Shown: positions 1-9,331, numbered from the stretch's first letter. The stretch: 64,000 nt of DNA from Minisyncoccota bacterium (GCA_041657885.1 JBBABB010000002.1:121095-185094), one strand, 5' to 3'. The notes: a model not told the origin generated them from the sequence alone. Made by a program: numbers and translations.

Positions 1-1335
1 ATGAATAAGACAGGCACTTTTACTTTTAAAGCTACGAAAATTGGACAGGAGACAATGTTAGCTCAGATTATTAAACTAGTCCAAGAAGCACAAGGCAGTA
101 AAGCCCCAATACAGCGTTTAGCTGATTTAGTCTCTTCTTATTTTGTGCCCGTCGTCATAATGCTTGCCATTCTCACTTTTGCTATTTGGTATATTTTTGG
201 ACCAACCCCTACTCTTCTATTTGCAATACTAAATACTGTAGCAGTGCTTATTATCGCTTGCCCATGTGCTATGGGACTCGCTACTCCAACTGCAATTATG
301 GTAGGAACTGGTAAGGGCGCAGAACACGGTATTTTAATTAAAGATGCAGAAAGTTTAGAAATCGCACACAAAATCAATACAATTATTTTTGATAAAACTG
401 GTACTCTTACTAAGGGAAAGCCAGAAGTAACCGATATTATTCCTATTGATAAAAGTGTAAGTAGTGATGAATTATTAAAATTAGCAGGGTCAATAGAGCA
501 GGGCTCGGAGCATTCATTAGCTGAAGCTATTGTAAAAGAAGCGGAAAATAAGAAACTTGTTCTATCCAAAGTTGAAAAATTTCAAGCGATTCCTGGACAC
601 GGGGTAGAAGGAATTATTGGTGGAAAAAGAATTGTGTTTGGAAATAAGAGATTAATGGATAAAGAAAACATTAATATAAATAATGCCTTAAATGAAATAA
701 GTGAAATGGAAAATAATGGTAAAACAGTTATGATGATTGGTACTAATAATAAACTCGTGGGATTAATTGCTGTAGCTGACATTATTAAAGAAAGTGCTCA
801 AGAGGGATTGATTGCGCTACAGAAACTTGGTATTGAAGTTGTTATGATTACTGGAGATAATCAAAGAACAGCCAAGGCTATTGGACAAAAACTAGGCATC
901 ACTAGAATTCTTGCGGAGGTATTGCCAGATCAAAAAGAAATAGAAGTACGAAAGATTCAAGCAGAGGGTAAAGTGGTAGCCATGGTTGGAGATGGTATCA
1001 ATGATGCTCCAGCTCTTGCAGCTGCCGATGTTGGAATAGCTATGGGAACAGGAACAGATGTCGCAATTGAAGCGGCTGATATTACTCTCATCAATAAAGA
1101 TTTAAGATCCGTAGCTGCTGCAATAGTTTTATCAAAGAAAACAATGAGAACCATCCGTCTAAATCTTTTTTGGGCATTTGGCTATAATGTGATTCTAATT
1201 CCTGTGGCAATGGGAGCTCTTTACCCATTATTTCATATTTTATTAAGTCCAATATTTGCATCTGTCGCTATGGCCACAAGCTCTATATCTGTCGTCGGAA
1301 ATTCACTTTTGCTTAAGAAAAAAAAGATAGTTTAG
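1..1335 (+). CDS. copA: Cu(I)-translocating P1B-type ATPase, 5'-truncated by window edge
   Basis: CPC in TM6, DKTGTLT phosphorylation site, TGDN, GDGINDAPALA, YN and MxxSS copper-type TM motifs. Confidence 0.93.
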   Translation: MNKTGTFTFKATKIGQETMLAQIIKLVQEAQGSKAPIQRLADLVSSYFVPVVIMLAILTFAIWYIFGPTPTLLFAILNTVAVLIIACPCAMGLATPTAIMVGTGKGAEHGILIKDAESLEIAHKINTIIFDKTGTLTKGKPEVTDIIPIDKSVSSDELLKLAGSIEQGSEHSLAEAIVKEAENKKLVLSKVEKFQAIPGHGVEGIIGGKRIVFGNKRLMDKENININNALNEISEMENNGKTVMMIGTNNKLVGLIAVADIIKESAQEGLIALQKLGIEVVMITGDNQRTAKAIGQKLGITRILAEVLPDQKEIEVRKIQAEGKVVAMVGDGINDAPALAAADVGIAMGTGTDVAIEAADITLINKDLRSVAAAIVLSKKTMRTIRLNLFWAFGYNVILIPVAMGALYPLFHILLSPIFASVAMATSSISVVGNSLLLKKKKIV

Positions 1336-1366
1336 AAATAAGAATCGTGCTAATATAATAATACAT

Positions 1367-1813
1367 ATGAATTCCATATTAAAAAATAATAAAATCTGGA
1401 AAATAGTGTTGATATTAACCGCAATCTTTTTCTTATGGGTTAGTACTTTTGGATTACTCTACCATATAGATGAAATGAAATCTGAAATAGAAAAAAATGC
1501 TTGTTTATTTAGCTCCTCTTCAAATGGAGGGTGCGCCATGAATTTTTCAGAACATATTGCTTTTTGGCAAGAAATGACATTAAGCTTACCCCAAAATATA
1601 ATTGACGCAATCAGTGCTCTTTTATTAATGATTGCATTAGTTGCGGTAGCTATTTTCTATAAAGATTATATTTTTGAATTTTTTAAAAATATTACATTCC
1701 AATTCAGGCTTTATATAAAAGAACACCCGCAAATAAATCTTTTTAATTATTTAAAAGAAGTTTTTTCTAGCGGTATTCTTAATACAAAAATATACAAATT
1801 AGCAACAATATAG
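1367..1813 (+). CDS. Membrane protein with Cx9C-EHIxxWQ motif; candidate leader/regulatory ORF
   Basis: Two hydrophobic segments flank CLFSSSSNGGC; resembles 7274..7672; stop followed by hairpin. Confidence 0.6.
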   Translation: MNSILKNNKIWKIVLILTAIFFLWVSTFGLLYHIDEMKSEIEKNACLFSSSSNGGCAMNFSEHIAFWQEMTLSLPQNIIDAISALLLMIALVAVAIFYKDYIFEFFKNITFQFRLYIKEHPQINLFNYLKEVFSSGILNTKIYKLATI

Positions 1814-1815
1814 TT

Positions 1816-1880
1816 TTGCGGATTTATCAATTTTAGTTTGGTCACTTTTGATAAATAAAAACCGCAAGGCTTTTTTGTTT
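1816..1880 (+). terminator. Hairpin plus T-tract directly after stop codon (terminator/attenuator)
   Basis: ttgcgg-atttatcaa ... ttgataaat-ccgcaa followed by ttttttgttt. Confidence 0.55.
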
Positions 1881-1912
1881 GCGTATTTATTAAATAATTT
1901 ATATTAAATAAA

Positions 1913-2404
1913 ATGAAAAAAACTATTATTATTACTCTCCTCATTGTAGTTGGTCTCATTGGTCTTATATGGTTGGGAAGTAAAAATCAAAAAGCTCCAG
2001 TACAAAATACTGGAATTAAAAGTGTTTTAACTACATCCCTAGATGTATATGATTTTGGAAAAATTTCTATGAAAAATGGAAATGTAATTAAAGATTTCAC
2101 TATTACAAATCCTACAGATAAAGACATTCTTCTTTCTTCTGTTTCAACTTCTTGTATGTGTACTAATGCATTTATTGTCAATCCTAATGGCACTAAAAAG
2201 GGGCCTTTTGGAATGTCAGGCATGGGTTATATTCCTCCAGCCAATGAAACAATCAAGGCTGGTGGAAGTAGTACTATTCAAGTTGTCTATGATCCTAATG
2301 CTCATGGTCCTGCAGGTGTAGGATTTATAGATAGATTTATCACTCTAGTTGATGAAAGTGGAAATGAGCTTCAAATTGAAATAAAAGCAACAGTAACCCC
2401 TTAA
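1913..2404 (+). CDS. DUF1573-like Ig-fold protein with N-terminal anchor
   Basis: YDFGKI...F.I.N.....L....V.TSCMCT pattern, N-terminal TM. Confidence 0.7.
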   Translation: MKKTIIITLLIVVGLIGLIWLGSKNQKAPVQNTGIKSVLTTSLDVYDFGKISMKNGNVIKDFTITNPTDKDILLSSVSTSCMCTNAFIVNPNGTKKGPFGMSGMGYIPPANETIKAGGSSTIQVVYDPNAHGPAGVGFIDRFITLVDESGNELQIEIKATVTP

Positions 2405-2410
2405 AAAATT

Positions 2411-3190
2411 ATGAAAAAAACATTAATAACATTAACAATAATTATTCTAGTTATTTTAGGAATAATTTTCTTAAAAAATAGTTCTGGTACTTCGTCATTA
2501 ATTTGGAATTTAAGTAATAGTGGAGCTTGGCTTTTACCTCTTGTTTTAGTTTCTGCTCTACTTGATAGTGTTCATCCATGTTCATTCTCAATCCTTCTTA
2601 TCACAATCGCATTTCTATTTGGAATGCAATTGACTAGAAAGAAAATCCTGCAGATTGGTGGAATATATATCGCTGGAATATTTACAGCCTATTTTTTGAT
2701 TGGTCTTGGAATTCTAAAAGTTCTACATTTGTTCAATACACCACACTTTATGGGAAAGCTTGGCGCGACTCTGTTAATCGCTTTTGGATTAATAAATATT
2801 CTCAGTCAACTTTTCCCAAAGTTCCCTATAAAGCTTAAAATTCCTTCCATATCTCATACAACAATGGGTCGGCTTATGGAAAAAGCTTCATTTCCTGCGG
2901 CATTTGGACTTGGGTTACTAGTAGGTGTATGTCAATTCCCTTGTATGGGTGGACCATACTTAATGGTTATAGGACTATTGAAAGATCAAGTTACATATCT
3001 AGCTGGTTCTAGCTATCTATTACTTTATAATTTAATTTTAATTATTCCTCTTGTTGCTGTTCTTTGGGTATCGGCCGATAAGATGATTGTAAATAAGGTG
3101 CAAGAATGGAAGAAAACAAATTTAAGAGGTTTAAAGTTTTGGGCGGGTCTTGCAATGATTATTATCGGTATCTTAATTTTCTTTATCTAA
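2411..3190 (+). CDS. CcdA/DsbD-like cytochrome c biogenesis transmembrane protein
   Basis: DSVHPCS and FPCMGGPY Cys-Pro motifs, multiple TM helices. Confidence 0.75.
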   Translation: MKKTLITLTIIILVILGIIFLKNSSGTSSLIWNLSNSGAWLLPLVLVSALLDSVHPCSFSILLITIAFLFGMQLTRKKILQIGGIYIAGIFTAYFLIGLGILKVLHLFNTPHFMGKLGATLLIAFGLINILSQLFPKFPIKLKIPSISHTTMGRLMEKASFPAAFGLGLLVGVCQFPCMGGPYLMVIGLLKDQVTYLAGSSYLLLYNLILIIPLVAVLWVSADKMIVNKVQEWKKTNLRGLKFWAGLAMIIIGILIFFI

Positions 3191-3199
3191 ATATATGAA

Positions 3200-3299
3200 C
3201 CCCGTTAGAAGTTCAATAAACATTAGCGGGGCAATAAAAAGTAATGATTACTATTATTAACATTAATCTAAAAAATAAATATGAAAACTTCTAACGGGG
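3200..3299. mobile_element. MITE-like element, 14-bp terminal IR, TGAA target duplication, inserted at a start codon
   Basis: ccccgttagaagtt (3200-3213) / aacttctaacgggg (3286-3299); TGAA at 3196-3199 and 3300-3303. Confidence 0.7.
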
Positions 3300-3793
3300 T
3301 GAAAACAAAAAAACCAACAATGGATGAATTCTTAAGTAAAATAGAAAATCTTAAAGAAAAAGCTGGGGTTGATCTTTCAACAACAGAAGACTTAAGTTTG
3401 GCAGTGATGAATTTAATTAGTTTAGAAGAACATTTCTTTTTTACTGGAGTTAAATTAAAAAAAGACGAATATTTTAACACCTCAAATGAGATTCGAGAAC
3501 TTCGAAAAGGATTATTAAAAGAATTAATGCCAAATCACGAAGGAGAAACGTGGTGCATATCAAAACATTTACTCTCTACTACAATGCGTCTTATTGAAGT
3601 CGGCAATAAGCTTTCATCAGATGGTAAAAAAGAAGAGGCAAAAAAAATGTTTGAGAAGGCTTACAAAGTTTACTCAATATTTTGGGCTCTAAAGTTAAAA
3701 TTATTAGATGGTCAATTAATAAAAGATACAGCAAAAGGCAGTTCTAACCTCGAAGATTTGGTTGGTAAACTTGCTAATTGCTGTAACGAATAA
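3281..3793 (+). CDS. Hypothetical helical protein ending in CCNE (start may be GTG 3299)
   Basis: 170-aa ORF; EEH, WCISKH and terminal CC suggest metal binding. Confidence 0.7.
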   Translation: MKTSNGVKTKKPTMDEFLSKIENLKEKAGVDLSTTEDLSLAVMNLISLEEHFFFTGVKLKKDEYFNTSNEIRELRKGLLKELMPNHEGETWCISKHLLSTTMRLIEVGNKLSSDGKKEEAKKMFEKAYKVYSIFWALKLKLLDGQLIKDTAKGSSNLEDLVGKLANCCNE

Positions 3794-3800
3794 ATAATGA

Positions 3801-3842
3801 CCACATGTCCGACATGGGGTTAGCCCCATGTCGGACATGTGG
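3801..3842. repeat. Perfect 19-bp-stem intergenic hairpin
   Basis: ccacatgtccgacatgggg-ttag-ccccatgtcggacatgtgg. Confidence 0.9.
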
Positions 3843-3852
3843 ACGAATATAT

Positions 3853-4875
3853 ATGGAAAATAAAAATGAAGAACAAATAGTAATAATAGAAGAAATTTCT
3901 GAAGAAAAAATAACTTCTGAGCCAGTAATTAAAAAGAGTCAAATTATTCAATCAAGTATTTTAATAGTTGCCATTATTATTTCCAGTTTTTTAGGATATA
4001 CAGTTGGAGTAAAAACTGGAGCTCAACAATTAGTAAAAGGGTCCAATCAAGAAAACCTCCTCGTATCAAAGCTGGAAGAAAAAGTATTACCATCTAAGGG
4101 AGTAACACTACCAGTAACTTGGGGGAACCTCGGAGTGAAATTAGCGGAAGCAGGAGTAATAGATGCAGATAAATTCAAAACTATCTATGAACAGAGAGGT
4201 CAATATACAGAAGAGAATAGAAAGTTACTTGAAGGAATAGGTAATGGAAATATAAAAATAACAAATGAAAATTCTGGTTATTTACTTAATCTATTCTGGG
4301 CTTTAGGTTTAGCAAATAAAAATGAAATTTTAGAAAAAGGTGAAATGATGGATCCTAGATATGGTGGAGCAGGTAATTTTGCTTCTACTGGCGGTTGGAC
4401 TATTGCAAAAGGTAACGCAATGGATCACTACAGTAAACATATAATGTTTAATCTAACCCCTGAGCAACAGGCTCTAGTAGACAAAGTTTCTCGTGGTATC
4501 TATAGACCATGTTGTGGAAACTCGGTTCATTTTCCTGATTGTAATCACGGAATGGCAATGCTGGGACTTTTGGAGTTAATGGCTTCACAAGGTGCAAGTG
4601 AACAAGAGATGTGGAAGACAGCTTTGATTGTAAATTCTTACTGGTTTCCAGATACTTATCTAACAATAGCAACTTATATGAAAGGAAAGGGTATTGATTG
4701 GAAAGATGTTAATCCACAAGAAATATTAGGAGCAGAATATTCTAGTTCACAAGGTTATGCAAATATTTCCGCACAGGTTACAAAACCAGAACAGTCACAA
4801 CAACAAGGTGGTGGGTGTGATGTAGGAGGAGCTCCCGCACCACAACAGCAGAAACAGGTTGGATGTGGGGTATAA
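3853..4875 (+). CDS. Membrane-anchored Cys/His-motif protein of unknown function
   Basis: TM near N-terminus; RPCCGNS..FPDCNHGM motif; C-terminal GGGC...GCGV; start moved to ATG 3853 because upstream codons lie in the hairpin. Confidence 0.7.
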   Translation: MENKNEEQIVIIEEISEEKITSEPVIKKSQIIQSSILIVAIIISSFLGYTVGVKTGAQQLVKGSNQENLLVSKLEEKVLPSKGVTLPVTWGNLGVKLAEAGVIDADKFKTIYEQRGQYTEENRKLLEGIGNGNIKITNENSGYLLNLFWALGLANKNEILEKGEMMDPRYGGAGNFASTGGWTIAKGNAMDHYSKHIMFNLTPEQQALVDKVSRGIYRPCCGNSVHFPDCNHGMAMLGLLELMASQGASEQEMWKTALIVNSYWFPDTYLTIATYMKGKGIDWKDVNPQEILGAEYSSSQGYANISAQVTKPEQSQQQGGGCDVGGAPAPQQQKQVGCGV

Positions 4876-4917
4876 TTAGTATATAGGTCGATCTTAAAAA
4901 AATAATTTAATTAATTT

Positions 4918-5091
4918 ATGTTTAACCTATTCAAAGAAAAATGTCCCATTTGTAAAATGGAACTACAAAAAGGAAAAGTTTATCCCGAAGAATCTGGTAA
5001 AAAGTTTTGTTCAGAGAATTGTAAAACAGAATACACACAACAGTTAGCTGACGGAAAATCACAACATTCTGGTGGTGGATGTTGCCATTAA
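4918..5091 (+). CDS. Small YHS/TRASH-like metal-binding protein (57 aa, absent from ORF track)
   Basis: Own translation MFNLFKEKCPICKMELQKGKVYPEESGKKFCSENCKTEYTQQLADGKSQHSGGGCCH; CPxCxM...FCSxxC. Confidence 0.8.
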   Translation: MFNLFKEKCPICKMELQKGKVYPEESGKKFCSENCKTEYTQQLADGKSQHSGGGCCH

Positions 5092-5132
5092 AAATAGTCG
5101 AAAATTATAAAATAATTAGTAAAAATTGAAAT

Positions 5133-5405
5133 ATGGAAAAACTATCTTTGAAATCTTACGGCTGGAAATGTGTTCTTGGGTCTGAAATAGTTTATGTTTT
5201 ATGTCTTATTGGTGGATTTATCCCATTACGTAGTATAAGAGGGACAGAATTACATCATGCTCTCTTTGAAACTCTTCCAGGTTTTACTTGGATAAGTTTT
5301 GAGAGCGTAATACTTGGTGCATTTTATATGTTTGTATTTGCCTGGATATTTGCTTGGTATATGGTCTGGATGCATAATTCAAGTTTAATAAATAAAAACA
5401 AATAA
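5133..5405 (+). CDS. Small membrane protein (DUF5676-like)
   Basis: Two TM segments, YVLC..., LPGFTWIS..S.ILG. Confidence 0.6.
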   Translation: MEKLSLKSYGWKCVLGSEIVYVLCLIGGFIPLRSIRGTELHHALFETLPGFTWISFESVILGAFYMFVFAWIFAWYMVWMHNSSLINKNK

Positions 5406-5406
5406 T

Positions 5407-5688
5407 ATGCATAATCACGAGAACAAACAAGGCCGAGGAATAATGTGGATGATGATGATTTGTTGTGTTGTGCCAATTGTTTTGCTTCTTGTTTTTGGTG
5501 TAGGGAATAGTGCTAGTAATATAGGAGGAAATTCAAAATGGATCATCTGGATTGTAATTGCAATAATGATAGGATCTCATTTATTTATGATGAGAAAACC
5601 TCATAAAAATTCTAATAAAGAAACTGAAATATTAAAAGAAGGAGAAGAAGAAAAGGTTAAAAATAATTCAAGTAATAGTTGTCATTAA
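5407..5688 (+). CDS. Small membrane protein with MMMICC and C-terminal CH (DUF2933-like)
   Basis: Met/Cys/His-rich two-TM protein in copper island. Confidence 0.55.
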   Translation: MHNHENKQGRGIMWMMMICCVVPIVLLLVFGVGNSASNIGGNSKWIIWIVIAIMIGSHLFMMRKPHKNSNKETEILKEGEEEKVKNNSSNSCH

Positions 5689-5694
5689 ATTGAT

Positions 5695-6135
5695 ATGTCC
5701 AATAGCATTATAAAATCAGTTCTGTATGGGATACTCGCAAGCGCTATTCTACTTGGAATTTATTTTGCGATACTAACGTTTGTATCAGGCTGGGGCTTTA
5801 CTCAAGAGCAATTTGCGGACTATTGGTATTTTATTATTAGTTTAACGATAGGTTTTGGAATTCAGATTTCACTATATCAATACATTAAAAGTTTAGTGCA
5901 TTGTGGACGAGGTATGGGGAAAGTGGTGGGTGTATCCGGCACCACTTCCACCGCAGCTATGATTTCCTGTTGCGCTCATTATTTAGTTAATTTAGTACCC
6001 ATTCTAGGAGTGACTGGGCTTGTTAGTTTTATCGCACAGTATCAAGTTAAATTATTTTGGATAGGTATTTTTTTTAACACTGTTGGTATTCTATATATGG
6101 CAAATAGAATTATTAAATTTAAAAAGCAACTATGA
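5695..6135 (+). CDS. Four-TM membrane protein with SCCAH motif
   Basis: ORF track; hydrophobic pattern; CC motif. Confidence 0.65.
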   Translation: MSNSIIKSVLYGILASAILLGIYFAILTFVSGWGFTQEQFADYWYFIISLTIGFGIQISLYQYIKSLVHCGRGMGKVVGVSGTTSTAAMISCCAHYLVNLVPILGVTGLVSFIAQYQVKLFWIGIFFNTVGILYMANRIIKFKKQL

Positions 6136-6596
6136 AAAACACAGTAGTAACAATTTTATCAATAGTCGCATTTGTAGGAGGGTTTCTTGCTCTTTTTCTT
6201 AGTGGTCCAGTAGAAAAAAAGACACCAGTTACCAATCAAGCAATTCAACAAACAAATATAAAGCAAAATTTGGAATCTAAAACCGACGAGCAATTAGCAG
6301 TGACTGTTACCGTAACTCCTGTTGATATTTCTCCCGTATTACCAGAATGGAAATTTAATATTGTGATGAACAATCATGAAATTGAGCTTAATCAAGATTT
6401 AGTTAAAAATACCATATTAGTAGATAACGAAGGTAAAGAATATAAACCATTACGATGGGAAGGTGCAGAACCAGATGGGCACCACAGAGAGGGGGTATTA
6501 ATATTTAAAGCAATAACACCTAATCCTAAATCAATTGAATTAAAAATTTCTGGGATTAAAGAAGTAGTAAGAAGTTTTATTTGGCAACTTAATTAA
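6132..6596 (+). CDS. Membrane-anchored hypothetical protein (GHHREG motif)
   Basis: N-terminal TM; overlaps upstream stop (ATGA). Confidence 0.65.
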   Translation: MKNTVVTILSIVAFVGGFLALFLSGPVEKKTPVTNQAIQQTNIKQNLESKTDEQLAVTVTVTPVDISPVLPEWKFNIVMNNHEIELNQDLVKNTILVDNEGKEYKPLRWEGAEPDGHHREGVLIFKAITPNPKSIELKISGIKEVVRSFIWQLN

Positions 6597-6615
6597 CAAA
6601 ATAATATAAAATATT

Positions 6616-7248
6616 ATGACAACAACATCAGGTTATGGATTATGGGGGTTAGTATTATTAAATACGGCAATATTTCTTATTTTTGCCTTTAGTTTTACCC
6701 ACCCAAAGACAAAAAGAGATTGGAGATCTTTTGGAGCTTTTGGAGCTTTTATAGTGGCCCTTTTTACAGAAATGTATGGATTCCCTTTAACTATTTATTT
6801 TTTCTCTGGAACATTAACAAAGTATTTTCCTAATATCGACTGGCTTAGTCACAATAATGGACATCTATGGGAATCATTATTGGGATTAAAAGGAGATCCG
6901 CATTTTAATATAATACATACTTTAAGTAGTGTATTTATTATTGTTGGTTTTATAATTATAGCAAGTGCGTGGAGGGTATTATATAAATCACAACAGGAGC
7001 ATACTCTTGCAGTAGATGGTATGTATAAATATATTAGACATCCTCAATATATTGGTTTTGTGTTGGTTATGGTTGGATTTCTTTTACAATGGCCAACTAT
7101 ATTAACATTGGCAATGTTTCCTATTTTAGTTTTTATGTATACACGTCTTTCTTATAGAGAAGAGAAGGAAATGGAAAAAGAATTTGGAGAAGAATATAGA
7201 GTTTATAAGAACAAAGTTCCTGCGTTTATTCCTAGACTCAAGAGGTAA
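6616..7248 (+). CDS. Isoprenylcysteine carboxyl methyltransferase (ICMT/PEMT) family membrane protein
   Basis: LFTEMYGFPLTIY, G.Y..IRHPQY, EE...FGEEY..Y...VP.FIP. Confidence 0.85.
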   Translation: MTTTSGYGLWGLVLLNTAIFLIFAFSFTHPKTKRDWRSFGAFGAFIVALFTEMYGFPLTIYFFSGTLTKYFPNIDWLSHNNGHLWESLLGLKGDPHFNIIHTLSSVFIIVGFIIIASAWRVLYKSQQEHTLAVDGMYKYIRHPQYIGFVLVMVGFLLQWPTILTLAMFPILVFMYTRLSYREEKEMEKEFGEEYRVYKNKVPAFIPRLKR

Positions 7249-7273
7249 AATATGGTATAATTAACACGTAATT

Positions 7274-7672
7274 ATGAAAAATCTTTTATTAATATTTTTT
7301 ATTGGTTTTATTGGGTTTAGCCTTCTGGGGCTTGGTTTTTCTGATATGGGGCCAAATCATAAAGGGGGATGTATCGCCTCTACTTTAGATGGGACATCTT
7401 GTCCAACTAGTAGTACTGATTTCATAGAGCATCATATTTCAGCTTGGCAAGATTTTACAACTACATTACTCTCACCAATTTTTAATATGTTTTTGTTTTT
7501 TTCTTTCTTATTTATTATATTAATTTTCATATTTTTATATTTTAAAAATAAACTTTTACAAGATTCAAGATTTATACTCAAAAATTTAAAAAATTTAGCT
7601 TTTAATTATTTTTATAATAAAAGAAAAGTTATCTCTTGGCTTTCTCTCTTAGAACTGAGCCCAGCCATATAG
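7274..7672 (+). CDS. Membrane protein with Cx9C-EHHIxxWQ motif; candidate leader/regulatory ORF
   Basis: Same architecture as 1367..1813; preceded by TGGTATAAT. Confidence 0.6.
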   Translation: MKNLLLIFFIGFIGFSLLGLGFSDMGPNHKGGCIASTLDGTSCPTSSTDFIEHHISAWQDFTTTLLSPIFNMFLFFSFLFIILIFIFLYFKNKLLQDSRFILKNLKNLAFNYFYNKRKVISWLSLLELSPAI

Positions 7673-7674
7673 TT

Positions 7675-7741
7675 AAGCATAAATGAAAGTAAATCTTTCT
7701 TTTGTGCTTCTTAATATCCTTAATACGGGTATTTTTGTTTG
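7675..7741 (+). terminator. Two hairpins and T-tract after stop codon (terminator/attenuator)
   Basis: aagcataaa-tgaaag/ctttc-ttttgtgctt; aatatcc/gggtatt followed by tttgtttg. Confidence 0.45.
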
Positions 7742-7803
7742 TTTACTAACTTAATCAAAGAGCCGCCTACACTTAACAGTTATGGCGAGCCGAAGAAAAT
7801 TAT

Positions 7804-8670
7804 ATGGAAACATTAGTAGGAATATCGTTAGTAGCCGCATTCGTAGCTGGAGTCGCAGCACTTTTTGCACCATGCTGTATCACAGTATTGCTTCCATCCT
7901 ATCTAGGAAATATTTTCAGAGAAAAATATAAAATTTTCTTCATGACTTTTATTTTTTTCCTAGGAATAGCAACTGTCTTTGTGCCAATTGGTTTAGGGTT
8001 TTCTGCTTTAGCTCAATTTTTTAGTAAATATCATAATGCAATATTTACTATCGGTGGAATTTTCTTAGTTGTGTTAGGAATAATAATGCTTTTAGGCAAG
8101 AAGTTTGCTCGACCAACTTCTATTCGAGATGGAATGAGACGACATGTTTCTTCTGTCTATGTTCTCGGTATTTTCTCAGCCATAGCCACAACTTGTTGTG
8201 CTCCAGTGTTAGCAGGAGTTCTAACCCTCTCATTAACAAGTGGCACAATTGTTTGGGGAGTACTATATACATTGGCATATGTTTTAGGAATGACTTTGCC
8301 ATTGTTCATCATTGCCGCATTTCTCGATAAAGTAGACTTGGCAGAAAAATTTACTAATGCCAAGAGAAATATATCTATGAGAATTGGTAGTTTCAGTTGG
8401 AAAATTTCTGTTTCCGAATTAATCTCCGGACTCATCTTTTTATTGATGGGTGGTTATATCACTTATTTAGCTTTCAGAAATAAATTATTTGTTCATTCAG
8501 ATTATCAACTAAATATGAATTTATATAATGCCAAATTCTTAAAATCTATAAATGGATTTATAACAGCAGTTCCTGAATACATATGGGCGCTTCTATTTAT
8601 CGGAATAGTTATACTCATATCGTATGTGTTCATTAATCAAAATAATAAAAAAAATAAAAAACATGAATAA
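7804..8670 (+). CDS. CcdA-like cytochrome c biogenesis protein
   Basis: AF.AG....FAPCC..LLP.YL and TCCAPVL motifs. Confidence 0.8.
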   Translation: METLVGISLVAAFVAGVAALFAPCCITVLLPSYLGNIFREKYKIFFMTFIFFLGIATVFVPIGLGFSALAQFFSKYHNAIFTIGGIFLVVLGIIMLLGKKFARPTSIRDGMRRHVSSVYVLGIFSAIATTCCAPVLAGVLTLSLTSGTIVWGVLYTLAYVLGMTLPLFIIAAFLDKVDLAEKFTNAKRNISMRIGSFSWKISVSELISGLIFLLMGGYITYLAFRNKLFVHSDYQLNMNLYNAKFLKSINGFITAVPEYIWALLFIGIVILISYVFINQNNKKNKKHE

Positions 8671-9331
8671 TCAAAATCAAAAACCACTAATATTTTCAAT
8701 TATTATTCTTTCAATAGTAATACTATTTTTAGGATACTTTCTGATTAAAAATCCTTCACAAGGACCAAGTGACAGCTCCCAAACTGCTAGTGTTAATAAC
8801 AATACCACTTCTAATCCACATGATCACAGTGGAGCATCTACTCCAGTCAATAGCGAACAACTAAATTCCCTAATAGGAAAAACAATGCCCTCTATCTCAT
8901 TGACAGATAAAGATGGAAAGGTATATACGACTAATGATTTTAAGGGCAAAAATACTGTTCTTTTCTTTAATGAAGGTCTTATGTGTTATCCTGCTTGTTG
9001 GAATCAAATGGCAGCATTTGGTGATGACGCAAGATTTAGTAATGATACAACCCAAGCTATTTCTGTTGTTGTAGATTCTGCAGAAGATTGGCAAACAGCA
9101 ATTGATAAAATGCCAGAACTTGCAAAAACTCTAACTATGTTTGATGCAAATGCTAATACTTCTAGAGAACTCGGATTATTGACAACAGCTTCTTCAATGC
9201 ACAGAGGTTCATTGCCAGGACATACCTACATAGTAATAGATAAAGAAGGAATAGTCAGATATGTATTTGATGACCCAAATATGGCAATTGCAAATGATAT
9301 GTTGTTTGATATAATAGGAGAATTAAAGTAA
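8663..9331 (+). CDS. Membrane-anchored redoxin (AhpC/TSA-like thioredoxin fold)
   Basis: CYPAC (Cx3C), DFKGK.TVLFF, Y.VIDKEG.VRY; start set at ATG 8663. Confidence 0.75.
   Translation: MNNQNQKPLIFSIIILSIVILFLGYFLIKNPSQGPSDSSQTASVNNNTTSNPHDHSGASTPVNSEQLNSLIGKTMPSISLTDKDGKVYTTNDFKGKNTVLFFNEGLMCYPACWNQMAAFGDDARFSNDTTQAISVVVDSAEDWQTAIDKMPELAKTLTMFDANANTSRELGLLTTASSMHRGSLPGHTYIVIDKEGIVRYVFDDPNMAIANDMLFDIIGELK

Noticed and set aside
3805-3852. N-terminal CRTC motif of the 356-aa ORF
   Set aside because: Encoded by the 3801-3842 hairpin; the likely start is ATG 3853.
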